Shown here: positions 14,250 to 26,272 of the stretch, piece after piece
Layout: each line of letters starts with the position of its first letter
How positions within the stretch are numbered: position 1 is the first letter of the stretch
Assembly: GCF_963921235.1 (NCBI RefSeq)
Contig: NC_086121.1
Span: 22,382,001-22,446,000, forward strand
DNA length: 64,000 nucleotides
Reading direction: 5' to 3'
DNA from: Mobula hypostoma
Lineage: Eukaryota
Notes under the pieces: generated by a model
Database searches by the model: none
The model's input: the letters and a program-made list of their open reading frames with translations, nothing else
Told to the model about the DNA's origin: nothing
Translations under genes and position numbers: made by a program

Positions 14250-14960
14250 CTCCGTACCAGCTGTACTAATATCACCCTAATCTCTTGCCATAATAGCATT
14301 TGAAGCGTTGAATCTAGAAGTACACTGTTTAACATGTGAACAATCCAGTGGAACCAAATAGAAGGGAATTAAGACCTCAATGCTGGGATGTGGACAGAAG
14401 AAAGGACTTTCATATTGGCTCAAGTTGCCAATGGATTCAACAAGATCAGTGGTATCTCTCCTGTTTTGAGATGCCTCCTGCCAGCAGACCACATCACAGA
14501 AGCCTACAGTAAAATAAAGATCACTACCACCCAGTTGACCATGGGATTTGTGCTGGGATCATGTCTTGAACTTTAAACAACCCTTACAATCCATTTACCT
14601 TTTGGAACAGAGATTCAAAAACCCAAGGTATACTGGGCCAGTCAAGCTCTCAGGTGATGGAACTCACTGCAGGGGCACATTACTCTAACAATGTGAACAT
14701 CACTGCAGGCAAGAGCTGGGATTATTTGAAAACTTGTTAAATATTGGTGGAGTGATACTAAGAGTAAACAACCCCTTGGAATGTAAGAGCATCAGGAAAT
14801 TCGGAACTTTATTCAGTACCTCCTTCCACGGTTCCATCCCCATTAATCCCCAGGCCAAAACCGTCATCAAAGCCAAGACAATGCCTCAAGCAGGTGTAGT
14901 AATCTTACATGGGGAGTGGGGGGAGAGAAAGCTTTATGACAACGTAGGTATAGGACCGAA
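14250..14960 (-). pseudogene. Possible highly decayed GPR148/OR-like GPCR remnant in UBE2J2 intron 1
   Basis: Frameshifted minus-strand pieces FSPPTPHVRLLHLL / GIVLALMTVLAWG / EVLNKVPNFLMLLH / MVNWVVVIFILL / HWIVHMLNSVLL occur in 7TM-like order; recognised by eye only. Confidence 0.25.
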
Positions 14961-15084
14961 GCCCAAACAGACCCTCACTTATTCACGTGCATTAGGATGC
15001 TGGACGCGGAACTTCTACTGCCACTGACAGGGTTACTGTTGTAGAACCAGTGCAAGTCTGACACTACAGAACCGGTGGAAGGTT

Positions 15085-15630
15085 AGTGGGCGGTTACTTG
15101 GCCGTCCCCTATTGCCACCGCCTGACTTGCAGCTGATTGTTAATAGGGGTTTACCGCCTGTCTACCGAGAACACCCCCGGCCCCCGGCCCCCAGCCCAGG
15201 CCGGGCTCCGCTCCCGAAAGTGGCGGTAGGTAGCCCCGGGTCGGCGGTAGCCCCAAGGCCCGGATCCTGCGCCCGACCCCGAACCGGGCCTTCCCACAGG
15301 TCGCGCCATTTACCTCGTCATGAAAGCCGTCCAGCACCTTCCGAACGGGCCTCCAGATCCTGGTCGAGCAGCCAAACAACGCTGCGACTGGAATCCGCCC
15401 GGCACTCCCTCCCCGGGTGAAGGAACCGAACCGGGCGGCAATAAAACCAAGGGCTGAATATGGCGGCCGCAGAGCCAGCTGTGCATCACTTAAATACTTC
15501 CGGCTCCGCGTCCAGCGGCTCCCCCTGACGATGGCTCCCGGAACGTCAGCAGCGGTTCCCTCCGGTGTCCCTGCTGAATCCGACAGGGTGTTGCAGGTCC
15601 AGAAAGTGCATGGAGACATACACCGGTTCT
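15085..15630 (-). promoter_or_regulatory. UBE2J2: CpG-island promoter and probable non-coding exon 1 of UBE2J2 (donor AG|gtaaat after 15314)
   Basis: GC/CpG-rich island; ETS motif ACTTCCGG at 15496-15503; YY1-like AATATGGCGGC at 15457-15467; the first coding exon starts at an acceptor, so an upstream exon is required. Confidence 0.75.
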
Positions 15631-16495
15631 TTGCACTATATATATATATCATATATATAAACAAAGCATATTGAAGAGAAATAGGAATGCCTCGGGTAAA
15701 CCACTCAATGGGGATTTAATTGATTAGATTGTTGTCATGTATTGCAATACAGGTTGCAATAAAATTCCTTGCTGATAAATTTCACTTCTCATAGGGTCGA
15801 ACAGCACCGAAGCAGGCCCTTTTGTTTAGGTGCTTCTCTATGACGACCCAAAATTTGGATTTCATGTTTCAATACTCTCTGTTAGGTAGTCCTGTTCCAG
15901 GATTCCATATTTTTTTCCCCCATTCTTGTTTATGCCCTACTACAGTACTTGACAGCAACAGTTTTAACGATTGTTGGAGCACTTGTGTTTCTGCGCTGGT
16001 ATCTGTGGCCCTAACTCAATGGAAATAATGTGGCAGAAGGGTTCCTGCTTCAGTTCCAGAGACTGAATCAATCCAGAATTTAGGTGGCATGGAGTTTGCA
16101 TGTTCTCCATGTGACGACATGTTTCCTCTAAATGTTCTGTTTTCCCTCACCAATCCCAGAGGTTATGCTGGCTGGTGGATTTGTAGGCCAATATAAACTG
16201 TGTCTGGCATCTAGCTGAGTGGCGGAATCTGGGAGCAGTTGATCGGAATGAGGGGAGAATAATGGAAATGCAGAGACCTGGTTGTCTTGCCCTCTGCCCT
16301 CAGTCCAGATGCAACATTTTGACCTGAAATTATGACAATTCCTCCTCTCCCACAGGTTCTGCTCAACCTGCCAAGATGCCCCAGCAGATTGTTGTGGAGA
16401 GAATAATGGGATTCATACAGGATCAGTATAAATAAATGGTTGGTGGCTGGCACAGACTTGGTGGGCCAAAGGGCCTGTTTCCGTGCTTCTAATTA

Positions 16496-16630
16496 GGCAT
16501 AGCATGGCCAAGTGGTTAAGGCGCTGGGTTAGTGATCTGAAGGTCGCGAGTTCGAGCCTCAGCCAAGGCAGCGTGTTGTGTCCTTGAGCAAGGCACTTAA
16601 CCACACATTGCTCCTGCACATTTATAGCCC
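16496..16630 (+). mobile_element. tRNA-derived SINE; longer relative at ~47400-47694 (minus)
   Basis: A box TGGCCAAGTGG and B box GTTCGAGCC followed by a GTGTCCTTGAGCAAGGCACTTAACC body. Confidence 0.8.
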
Positions 16631-16681
16631 AGCTATTATATATAATAATAATATAATGGGGTAAGGAAATTTCTACCCATC

Positions 16682-18120
16682 TTAGAACACATGCACTTCA
16701 TGGATACAATCACACTTGGCTTCTATTTTCAAGCTTTGAGTGAGGCAAGTGTCATGCAAAATGGGGATGACAAACAGGTTGAAGTAAATGGAAAGATATA
16801 CAACAGCATGATACCGCGGACAAATGGCCGTGCAAGGCGGCAGCCAGTCATGCAGCACGAACATGTAGCTGAGGATTTGAGGGTTCCACTCAGACACCAG
16901 GAGAGCGTTCCTGGCTGCAGCAGCCTTGACGTTGGGCACACGTATTTCCTGCAGAACCTGGAACCCGATGGAAAACGTAGAACGCAGTACAGCGCAGCAA
17001 AAGGCCCTTTGACCCACAATGTCGGGAGGGAACGTGTGCCAAATCAAATCGCTTCCTCCCGCACATGTCCGGTATCCCTCCATCCTCTAACTATTCATAT
17101 GCCCTTTTAAAAGCCACTTAAATGCATAAAAAAAAGACTACAAGGACAAAGTAACAGTTTTCAATTAAACTGGTATCTCATACAAGATTACACTGTGCTT
17201 TCCTGACCCTTAATCTTCTGCACCCCTCATCCATGCCCCTGGATGATGCATCCTTCTACCCACAGAGAGACCTAGGGCCCCAACTTGTATGGTTAATTTG
17301 CATGTTAATCTAATATAACAAAAGTGTGTATTTCTACACTTTCAAAAAGCCTGATTTGTACAGCAATATGGCATAAAAAGATGGGGTTATGTTTTCTGTC
17401 ATTTTTTTTTTCTGTTTCATGGATGTCTGTGAAGAGTAAGAATTTCAGGTTGTATATTGTATACTTTCTCTGATATTAAATTGAACCACTGGAAAATAAG
17501 CACATCCCCAAAGGATAACCCCCATCATCGCAAGGAAGCTACAAATCTCTGTTATGACAGCAGGGATAACTCTAGAGATATCTTCCTGGTGACCAAACAC
17601 CTCCATCAGAAAAAGGAAATATCATGGATCAAGATAGGCAAAGTGTACTGTAACAATATATTGGGAGGCGATGATGCAGCAAGTCAGTGCAGGTGCTGAG
17701 AACAGTTAATTAACACAGGTACGAGATACACCAGACCTCTGGAGGTCTGTGGTAAGTGCAGAAACTGGGTCCATTGCTGCTCATCATCACCTTTGTATCC
17801 TTGGTCAAAATTGAACAAAGGGATTCTTTCGGCACCCTGATCGAAGGCAGGAACCTGCAAGGCACACGATGAACATGCGTTGAAGGTATATCAGAAACAA
17901 TTAACCACATGCTTTCTTGTTGGGGCAGTGAAGGATAATTGAATATCGGTATTATCGGTGAAGGTGCTGTACCTTGTGTTGGAATATCTATAAAAAGCTG
18001 TGCTTTGTATAATAGGCGTACGTAGACCTCACCAAGGTGAACGTGCATTTCCCCTTACTCAAAGAGAGATCTGTCAGATAAATGTTATTTGACCTGGGTA
18101 AGGATTTGTGTATTTCTCAT
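16682..18120 (-). pseudogene. Decayed intronless GPR148-like (type 2 OR-related) GPCR pseudogene, split by a ~0.5-kb insertion
   Basis: YVRLLY, IFNYPSLPQQ, LIVSDI, CSILT..SSNGPSF, EICSFLAMMGVIL, KAAAARNALLV, VYLSIYFNLFVIP occur in TM1-TM7 order; insertion 16976-17489 is flanked by TGGAAAA direct repeats; the remainder is ~918 bp (~306 codons). Confidence 0.45.
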
Positions 18121-18194
18121 GCTCTGCGTCAGCACAATATGGGATCAGAGAAATGTTAAGGACACACCATTATTCAACTTTTAAACCCCCAAGC

Positions 18195-20620
18195 TTTGAG
18201 TTTCTTCTGCTTCTTTATCAATGCACTTGGCAAGAATGAAGAGCTCACACTTCAGGTCCACAGAAGACTGATGTCCCAAATGGGAACCACAGGTTCATCT
18301 GCGGATGAGGTAGGAGATGCTGTCTGAACATGGCTGGGTGGTTTGGGAAAAGTTCCTTTTACCACTTAGGTTGGGTTTTAGATACATAGCAAACCTACAG
18401 CACAATACAGGCCCTTCGGCCCACAAAGCTGTGCTGAACAGGTCTTTACCTTAGAACTACCTAGGCTTACCCATAGCCCTCTATTTTTCTAACCTCCATG
18501 TACCTATCCAGGAGTCTCTTAAAAGGCCCTTTCATTTCCGTTTCCACCACCACCACTGGCAGCCCCTTTTCACGCACTCACAACTCTCTGCGTAAAAAAC
18601 TTACCCCTGACATCTCCTCTGTACCTACCTCCAAGCACCTTAAAACTATCCCCCTCATGCTAGACATTTCGGCCGTGGAAAAAAAAACCTCTGACTATCC
18701 ACACAATAAATGCCTCTCTTTATCTTGTACACCCCTATCAGGTCACCTCTCATCCTCTGTCGCTCCAAGGAGAAAAGGCCAAGTTCACTCAACCTATTCT
18801 CATAAGACATGCTCCCCAATCCAGGCAACATCCTTGTAAATCTCCTCCGCACCCTTAATATGGTTTCCACATCCTTCCTGTCGTGAGGTGATAAGAATTG
18901 AGCACAGTACTCCAAGTGGGGTCTGACCAGGGTCCTATATAGCTGCAACATTACCTCTCGGCTCTTAAACTCAATCCCATGGTTGATGAAGGCCAATGCA
19001 ACATATGCCCTCTCAACCACAGAGTCAACCTGCACAGCAGCTTTGAGTGTCCTATGAGCTCGGACCCCAAGATCCCTCCGATCCTCCACACTGCCAAGAG
19101 TCTTACCATTAATGCTATATTCTGCCATCATATTTGACCTACCAAAATGAACCACCTCATACTTTTCTGGGTTGAACTCCATCTGCCACTTCTCAGCCCA
19201 GTTTTGCATCCTATCAATGTCCCGCTGTAACGTCTAACAACCCTCCACACTATCTACAATACCCCCAAACTTCGTGTCATCAGCAAATTTACTAACCCAT
19301 CTCTCCACTTCCTCATCCAGGCCATTTATGAAAATCAGGGGTCCCAGAACAGATCCCTGAGGTCACTGACCTCCATGCAGAATATGACCCGTCTACAACC
19401 ACTCTTTGCCTTCCATGGCAAACCAGTTCTGGATCCACAAAGCAATGTCCTCTTGGATCCCATGCCTCCTTACTTTCTCAATAAGCTTGCACGGGGTACC
19501 TTAATGCTTTGCTGAAATCCATATACACTACATCTACGGCTCTACCTTGTCTCTCAAGACTCTCAGTGCAGTCCTGGTTGCTCATTCACCACTTGGCCTG
19601 GAATTTTGAGAAATCTATGGGAATGTTGCATTTGCCCCGTCTAAAGCCACAAATCTATTAATTTACCCACCTAGTAATGTCTTCATTTGACCGAGCTTGG
19701 AAGAGAGCAGTAGTTGTCAGAGTCTGGCATCAGGCAGGCAAATAACATGGTTTGCTTCAAGGCACCATCTCAGTGCAATTAGTGTTGGACTGCTTTGCTT
19801 TACCTGACCCGCTGGTGAATAATTAATCTACATGACTCAGGCCCTGTACTCACTGGAGTTTAGAAGAATGGGGGGGGGGGGGGAGGAAGAGAGAAGAGAT
19901 CTCATTGAAACCTACTGAATTTTGGAAGACCTCGATAGGGTAGATCTGGAAAAGATGCTTCCAATAGTGGGAGAGGATAAGACCAGTGGCCACAGCCTCA
20001 CAAAATCAAAGACGTCCCTTTAGAATAGAGATGAGGTGGAATTTCTGTAGCCGGACAGTGGTGAACTTGTAGAATCGGTTGCCACAGACTGCAGTGGAAG
20101 TCAGGTCCTGGAGTATATTTAAAGTGAAGGTCGCCAAGTTCTTGATTAGTAAGGGCATCAAAGGTTACAGGAAGACAGGGGAATGGGGCTGAGAGGGAAA
20201 ATAAATCAGACATGACTGACTGGCAGAGCAGACTTGGACTGAATTATTACTGCTATGTCTTATGGAAAATGATGCCTTTCTATATTTTGGAATGTTGCTC
20301 CAGTGCCTTACAACCCCCAAGTCTCAAAAGCAAATAGGAGGGCAGGGAATATCATTGGCCAGTATACTATGTTTGGTGCCAGATTTGAGGTCTTCACATT
20401 CAGAAGCCCATTTCCTCAGAGGGCCAAGGACTATACTGGCACACTTGTCGTCTTGGCAGACTTCATCATCATCATTTGGCTTCACTGCCTGCGGTTTGGT
20501 AGATGGTCTATATTTTCCGGTGCCTCACTGGGACACTTTGTCAGAGGGTGGAGTTGTACAGCAGCTCCCACTAGAATGAACCTCTGTGTTTTGCAGATGC
20601 CCTGTATAAAGCACATCCTC
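18195..20620 (-). mobile_element. Ancient RTE-clade LINE 3' half, split by two CR1 insertions
   Basis: ASIVLGPLRKW..DLKSGTK, VY..IFPALLFAFETW, HVICLPDARL, KCNIP and TCGSHLG match the RTE C-terminus in order; AAG-rich tail near 18200. Confidence 0.7.
18381..19548 (-). mobile_element. CR1 LINE 3' fragment
   Basis: ORF 18655-19209 with WQMEFNPEK, DLGV and LVRPHLEYCAQF; CR1 3'UTR. Confidence 0.92.
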
Positions 20621-20659
20621 TTGCATACTTAATGAATTAGAGCTCAGCGTCAAGACAAC

Positions 20660-21480
20660 TGAGATTGGGGGTAACTTTGATTCATTGAGTGGAGGCACCA
20701 TAGGACGAATAGTTTCCCCATTAGTCCTCTAGTTCAACTCTCTTCTAGCAGAGCCTTTATTGAAATGAGGTAGACATCGATTCACTTGTTGACATGCAGC
20801 TTATGCACATCTAGAATAGGGCATTTCTTCAGCTTCCAGAAAAACACACAGCTCAGGTAACCAAATGAGCCACCAGATTTGAACCTGAGTCAAAGGAGCT
20901 TCTTAGTCATCGTTGATGAGTCCCTGGAGACCTCTCGGTGAGCAATCTTTGTCAACACTGATGAGTGTGAGATAACCCAGTATATAGGCAGAGATTTGAT
21001 TGTTGAGAATCCTTGTCCCACCAGTCCAGGGTTCCAACCTTTTTTATGCCACGGAGCCTTACCATTAACTGAGGGGTCCATGGACCCCAGGTTGGGAACC
21101 CCTGCACGAGTCAAAGGGAAGCAGCCTCTCCAAACTAGTGCACTTCCTATGCACAGGCCGGGGGAAGAAAAAGTGGAGGATAAAAATGTGAAATACAAAG
21201 ATGCAATGAAGGACAGGTGAAAGGGGCAAAAGGGAGCATTGGAAAGTAAAGGCCCAGCAGCAGTAAGAAACAGCAATAAGCCAAGGTAGGCGCAGCAAGC
21301 GATGCACATGCATGTGGATGGCAAGAGGGAGAGTAAACTTTCAAAGCCATTTGGTGACATGGGGAAAAAGAGGCATAAATAGAAAGTGGGAGGAATAGCT
21401 GAAGGAAGAGAAATTCAGCAATTGGTTTGAATCATTAAATCTCTTCCCCACACCTCCCTCAATACAAAAGGCAATCAAAT
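20660..21480 (-). pseudogene. Decayed olfactory-receptor-like pseudogene interrupted by a hAT MITE
   Basis: FLQLFLPLSIYASFSPCHQMALKVYSPSCHP resembles OR TM3 (C..QLF...MAYDRYVAICHP); later LPIYWVISHS, VAHLV and NYSSYGASTQ*IK resemble TM5, TM6 and NPIIYGxRTKEI. Confidence 0.45.
21027..21104. mobile_element. hAT (Charlie-like) MITE; second copy at 37831-37913
   Basis: TIRs CAGGGTTCCAACCT / AGGTTGGGAACCCCTG; 8-bp TSD caccagtc/cacgagtc (second copy ctttaaac/atttaaac). Confidence 0.85.
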
Positions 21481-22461
21481 CCATTACGTCCACACCAACA
21501 CCTTGGAAGAGCTGATTAGTTCATCTGTAAGTATGTGACCAATTGCATATTAAAAGCTGGATCTGCTTTCAGTACAGGTTTCTGTCAGTACTATAAAGCT
21601 ATGTATGAGTTCCCTCATTGTTCCATTCTGAACATCTAGGCTCTGATTACTAATCTACTTGAGAGGACATCATGATGGTTAACTGCTGAGCCAAAGCTCA
21701 GCTGTACCTCTCCATAATAGAAAGTGAACTATTTTGAGACAGCATGGATCTAGCTCATCTTACAAGTTATTCCGACATCTTGAAAAGCCTCTTGGGCAAT
21801 GGATAGAGCATCATTCCATTACCCACGCATTTATCATAAATAACTCATTATCTCCACAAAACCATACTGTCCAAGATAGATTAAGATATTCTACATAAAA
21901 TAGCATTAAATGATTTATTGGGACAGAAATAAATTACAGTTTGGCCCAGTACACTGGAAGCAATATTGGAACAAAGCAAAGAGCAGGACTTAGGCAAGCA
22001 TCCCAGTGATTTAAAAAAGAAACACAACTGTCCTCTTCTTCTTCAATCATTGATGTACAATGAGCCCTTGTGCCAAAAACTACATCCTATTAGTACTATT
22101 TTCACTAGACGGGGCCCAATTATCTTCTCTTTTAAGTGTAATCAAATATATTTCAGTATTCTTTAGTACATGAAAATTGGATGATCAAAGCTGAGGAAGA
22201 CAACATGTACTGATGTTTTCCAGCAAGCAGTTTTTCTCCCCAGCCTGTCACATTTTCCAAGTTACCAAAATCTTATTGAAGAATTTCATATAATCATACT
22301 TAGATTCAAGTATGCATGGTAATAACTATTTCTTGTCAAAGTCCACACAGCAATGCCAAAGATTTTTGGACAGATTTGAAGTCTGCTTCAAATGTTTTGT
22401 TAAATTGCCAGCAAAACTCAGTTACAAAACAGATGAAAATTATTTACAGTAATTATTCACA

Positions 22462-22467
22462 TTTATT
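22462..22467 (-). terminator. MRPL20: Candidate MRPL20 polyadenylation signal AATAAA
   Basis: Minus strand reads TAA-AGG-AATAAA, 3 nt after the stop; a second AATAAA lies at 21914-21919. Confidence 0.55.
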
Positions 22468-22470
22468 CCT

Positions 22471-22644
22471 TTAGTCGCGGTGCACAATACGTGAAAATAT
22501 TCCATCGGGTTCTCTGCCATCGCCTAACGCATCAAGGAAGCCTTCTTCCCTTCTTCGCTTTGCTAGTGCTGCCAGGGATTTGAATGTCTTTGGTTCGTAT
22601 ACAGCCAAATCAGCAAGTACTTTCCTATTTAGTTCCACTTGACT
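22471..22644 (-). CDS. MRPL20: Mitochondrial ribosomal protein L20 (bL20m), exon 4 with stop
   Basis: [57 protein letters not shown]; tag acceptor; L20 signature [10 protein letters not shown]. Confidence 0.97.
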   Translation of the reverse strand, partial: SQVELNRKVLADLAVYEPKTFKSLAALAKRRREEGFLDALGDGREPDGIFSRIVHRD

Positions 22645-23590
22645 CTATCAAAATTTAATAACAAAAGCTTAATTATTAAAACATCTCATACAATTTTCAG
22701 AACTTTTTTCTATCAACTCTAAAGCATAAAAATTACAAAAAAAGCCAGTTAAACAACACATTTATCAGAGTGGAAAGCAGCACTGTGTCAAATTTAGTCA
22801 GAATCTGAAGTTGCATGGACCAACCCAGCTGCCGATTTCTCTGAACTTATCCTCTACTTCAACATTTAATACATAGAGTCAGTGTACAGTAACTCTGGGC
22901 TTTGACATAACTTTCTATTGTCAACACAGTGGGCAAGAAAATAAAATTTATATTCATTTACGTATTTGTACAATCCAATCTCCCAGCCAAGCCATACAAA
23001 CTTTATCACTCCCATGGGACAACTGGCCTATCCTTTCTGAATGTTACTATATAACTAACCAAAAGTGTAGAAAAACTGAATTTATTCATTTTTGGACCAA
23101 TAATTAATCCTAAATATACCACTCTTACATAACAGGAAAATAAACTATAAGAATTTGACACAGCATTTACATTTTGAAGCATTGTAGCAACTCAATTACT
23201 TTATTCCTGTTAGTGGTTATAACTATTTAGACAGCAATTTTTTTTTAAACAATGATATTTCAAAACAGTAAATTAGGCAAGTTCTAGCTGCTGGTCAGAA
23301 CACTACAAAAATTCCTGTGTTCTCTGAATCGTGTCGTCTAGCACAGCCTGTTTTAATATTTCATGCAGAAGTCACCATGCTCTGGCATGCCCTCATTGAA
23401 GCATCAGTTTAGAATATGTTTAAGTTCTCAGAAGAGCACATGCCCACCAGGTTCCGGTTCCAAGAACTCAGCCAGAACTAATTTACAAATCATGAGAAGC
23501 CCTCATAATGGAATGCAAAATAAACCACCCGCTCATTGCAACATGATCAAGGCCATCAATCCACTAAATATTTATAAGCTGCAAACTCAC

Positions 23591-23668
23591 CTTAATCAAA
23601 TTACAAATTAGTATTGGGTATTTCAGCCCATGCTCCCTGGAGGCTGCTGCTATTCTGCTGATCCAAAG
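23591..23668 (-). CDS. MRPL20: MRPL20 exon 3 (78 bp)
   Basis: [26 protein letters not shown]; tttcag acceptor and gtgagt donor. Confidence 0.96.
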
Positions 23669-24952
23669 CTGAAACAAAATAATTCATCATATTTTCTTTA
23701 TTCAATCATGAATTTTATTACAAGAACCAGGGATATTGGCAGGTAAACTTCTACGGAAGTAGAACTACTGAATGACTTCAGTACTATTGTACCATTTAAA
23801 AATCAAGTAGAGCTTAGCATTTTTAAAAAATAAAATGCTCATGTATTTTGGTCCTTCATGTCAGCAAACAAAGTAAAAAATAATTAAGGGAAACCGTACT
23901 GCAGGTAGGCAGGATATATGTATGGGAAAGATGTAGATCGGGATACAGTAATGGTTAGTCATTCTAGGACTGTATCTTGGAAATGGCCTCTGAAATGTCC
24001 ATTTTACTATCTAAGCCAACTGGCATTTGATGTAGCTGAGGACTCAAAGACAACTATTCTCTCGAAACAATGATCAGGAATGTCAACAGCCACCTTAGGA
24101 AAAAATAAACTCTGTGGCGTTAATTTCAATCAGCTTCTGCACTATTTAATAAACTTTACTTCAATAATACAAATTAATGCACCTAGGTACCAAATACTAC
24201 ATGAACATCCCCATTTACACACAACCCCATATTGTATTACATTTTATTAAGGCCACAAGATAGAGCTGAAGGAAACCACATGACTCACGTAGTTCACTCT
24301 GCACAAAAGTTTAACACTTCACCATGTAGCTTTCAATTCCTTCAACTGACCTACCTAAAATTACAATTGTATACACAAAAGGCTAATCAAAAGACCCATA
24401 TTTGAGTATTTCCCCAAATCATGACTAATAATGAACTGACTTGGGCACAAAGTAGCAGTGACCCAATACTTGAATAACAAATAAAACGTAGGTCGATCAG
24501 CCATTCGTGCCTGTTCCACAATTCAGTTAAGAATTAATCTTGTACTTCAGCCTTGCGTTCCTGTCCTAACATGGTCATCCTTGAGTCCATGAATATCAAA
24601 AGATCTGTGATTTCTGTCCAGAAATATTTCCAGTGGCTGAGCATTGAATAGAGTATTCCAAAGATTTACTACCATCGGGGAGAAAAAATTTCTTCTCAAC
24701 TCTGCCATGACAGACTAACCCCTTATTTTGAGACTGTGACCCCTGTTTTTAGCTACTCCAGCTAGGAGAAACATCAGCTCCACACCTATCCTTTCAAGTC
24801 CCACAAGTTTTATGTATTTCAATAAGATTCCTTCTTATTCTTTTAAAATAAAAAGAGTATAGGATCAGTCTGCTTACTCTCTTTTCATAAACCAAGCCTG
24901 AAACTCCAGTAGTAAAACTGGAGCGTCTGTGCCAGTCTCTGTCTTGCAAGTA

Positions 24953-25741
24953 GCGTGAATTCCAGTTAATTGGGCCATCAGTTAATCAGAGCAGCTGCTT
25001 ATTTGGGACAGCTCTTCAAGAACAAAAACTAACTGAGAAAATAGCCGAGTTTTCCTTCAGTTATTTGGGAGACTTTGCTCCTTAATTGGGAGAGGAGACT
25101 GTTGACAAACAGCTTCTAACTAGTGTCAGTTGTGTGCATGTCTATAGCCATTAATTCCTACACCATGCTTAGAGCAAACAGTTTTTAAATAATACACGTT
25201 GCGTGTGTTTGTGTTCAAATAGCAGTGATTTTTGTCACTGACAGTTGGCAAGAAATAAGCAGCAAGACAGTTCAGAGCTGTTTCAATTACTGCTGATTCA
25301 GGCTTGCAGATACATGCTAGAAATGGCCAGGAATGAAAATGAAACGATTTCACTACTTAAGTTAGGCACTACAAAGAATTTAAAGGTATCAACAATGTTA
25401 CAATGAAAATGAAGAATTGGAGGATGCAATTGTCAAAAGCCTTGTATGAAGGCAGTCCATTATCTGCACTAGGTGTCTGCGCTGATTTTGTTCATTTACA
25501 GTCAAAAGAACATGTCACTGTACACTTATTAAATAATAGTTTTATAGCACTGTACTAGTATTGGTAGTGTTCTAATTTGCTCTGAATTTCATTTAAACGC
25601 ATAATTTAATAATCAGTTTGTCTTTTTTATTAACTATTAACCTTATTAACTATTTCCATGAAACTTCGGCTTACTGTGGCAGCCGCTTGACTGTGCCAAA
25701 TGTAGGGGTCCTGATGTGTCCCAGTTAACCAGAATCCACTG
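24953..25741. mobile_element. Non-autonomous Tc1/mariner (Tigger-like) DNA transposon in MRPL20 intron 2
   Basis: Inverted termini GTGAATTCCAGTTAATTGGG / CCCAGTTAACCAGAATCCACTG followed by TA. Confidence 0.65.
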
Positions 25742-26161
25742 TATTTCCTGCCTCGATTTGAAATACCATACCTGTTCACAACATACACGCTGTCAGGTTG
25801 ACACTGCAACTAACTAGCAATCTTTAAAATAATCAACACGAAATAAAAACATCAAAAAGCATGAAAATTCCTTGCACTCCTGTGTATGCAACAATAGTCT
25901 AAACTTACAGCCCATTTAAGTGCTGCTTGCTCTGTTAAATATTCCTCTCGAGTTCTCATGCCAAATGATACCAATTTCTCTAATACTTCATAAAGCACTG
26001 GCTCTCCCATTCCACATTTACAAACAACCCTCCAGAAGCACTATTGTCACTGAACTCATTTCATGTTTCTCTATAACTTGAGACTACAGCTGCATATCTT
26101 GCCAGATGTCTGCAAAACCCCTCCCCAGTTGCCGACTAGCCCAGTCAGTGGGGCTCTTTAC

Positions 26162-26272
26162 CGTCCTCATGTTCCGTTTCTTCAGTTTCCTGGCTTTGGT
26201 GGAGTAGAGGAAGGCTCTCCGAACGGCCCGCAACGCCAGGCTGTAGCATCGATTCTTCCGCCCGCGGAAATG
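26162..26272 (-). CDS. MRPL20: MRPL20 exon 2 (111 bp)
   Basis: [37 protein letters not shown]; cag acceptor and gtaaag donor. Confidence 0.97.

Noticed and set aside
15112-15674. ORFs of 85-174 aa across the CpG island
   Set aside because: GC-rich stop depletion; no recognisable domain; better explained as the UBE2J2 promoter and exon 1.
16496-16575. tRNA gene
   Set aside because: A/B boxes run into a SINE body, there is no T-run terminator, and a dispersed relative lies at 47.4-47.7 kb.
16691-17110. Plus-strand 139-aa ORF as an exon of a divergent gene
   Set aside because: It has an acceptor-like site but no clear donor or homology and runs into a CR1 tail; more simply the antisense shadow of the GPCR-like relic.
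18016-18040. AYVDLTK as an RT motif on the plus strand
   Set aside because: Isolated, flanked by stops, with no other RT motifs nearby; it overlaps the YVRLLY segment on the opposite strand.
17500-18370. Endogenous viral element
   Set aside because: No viral motifs recognised; 18195-18375 fits an RTE 3' end and the remainder fits the GPCR-like relic better.
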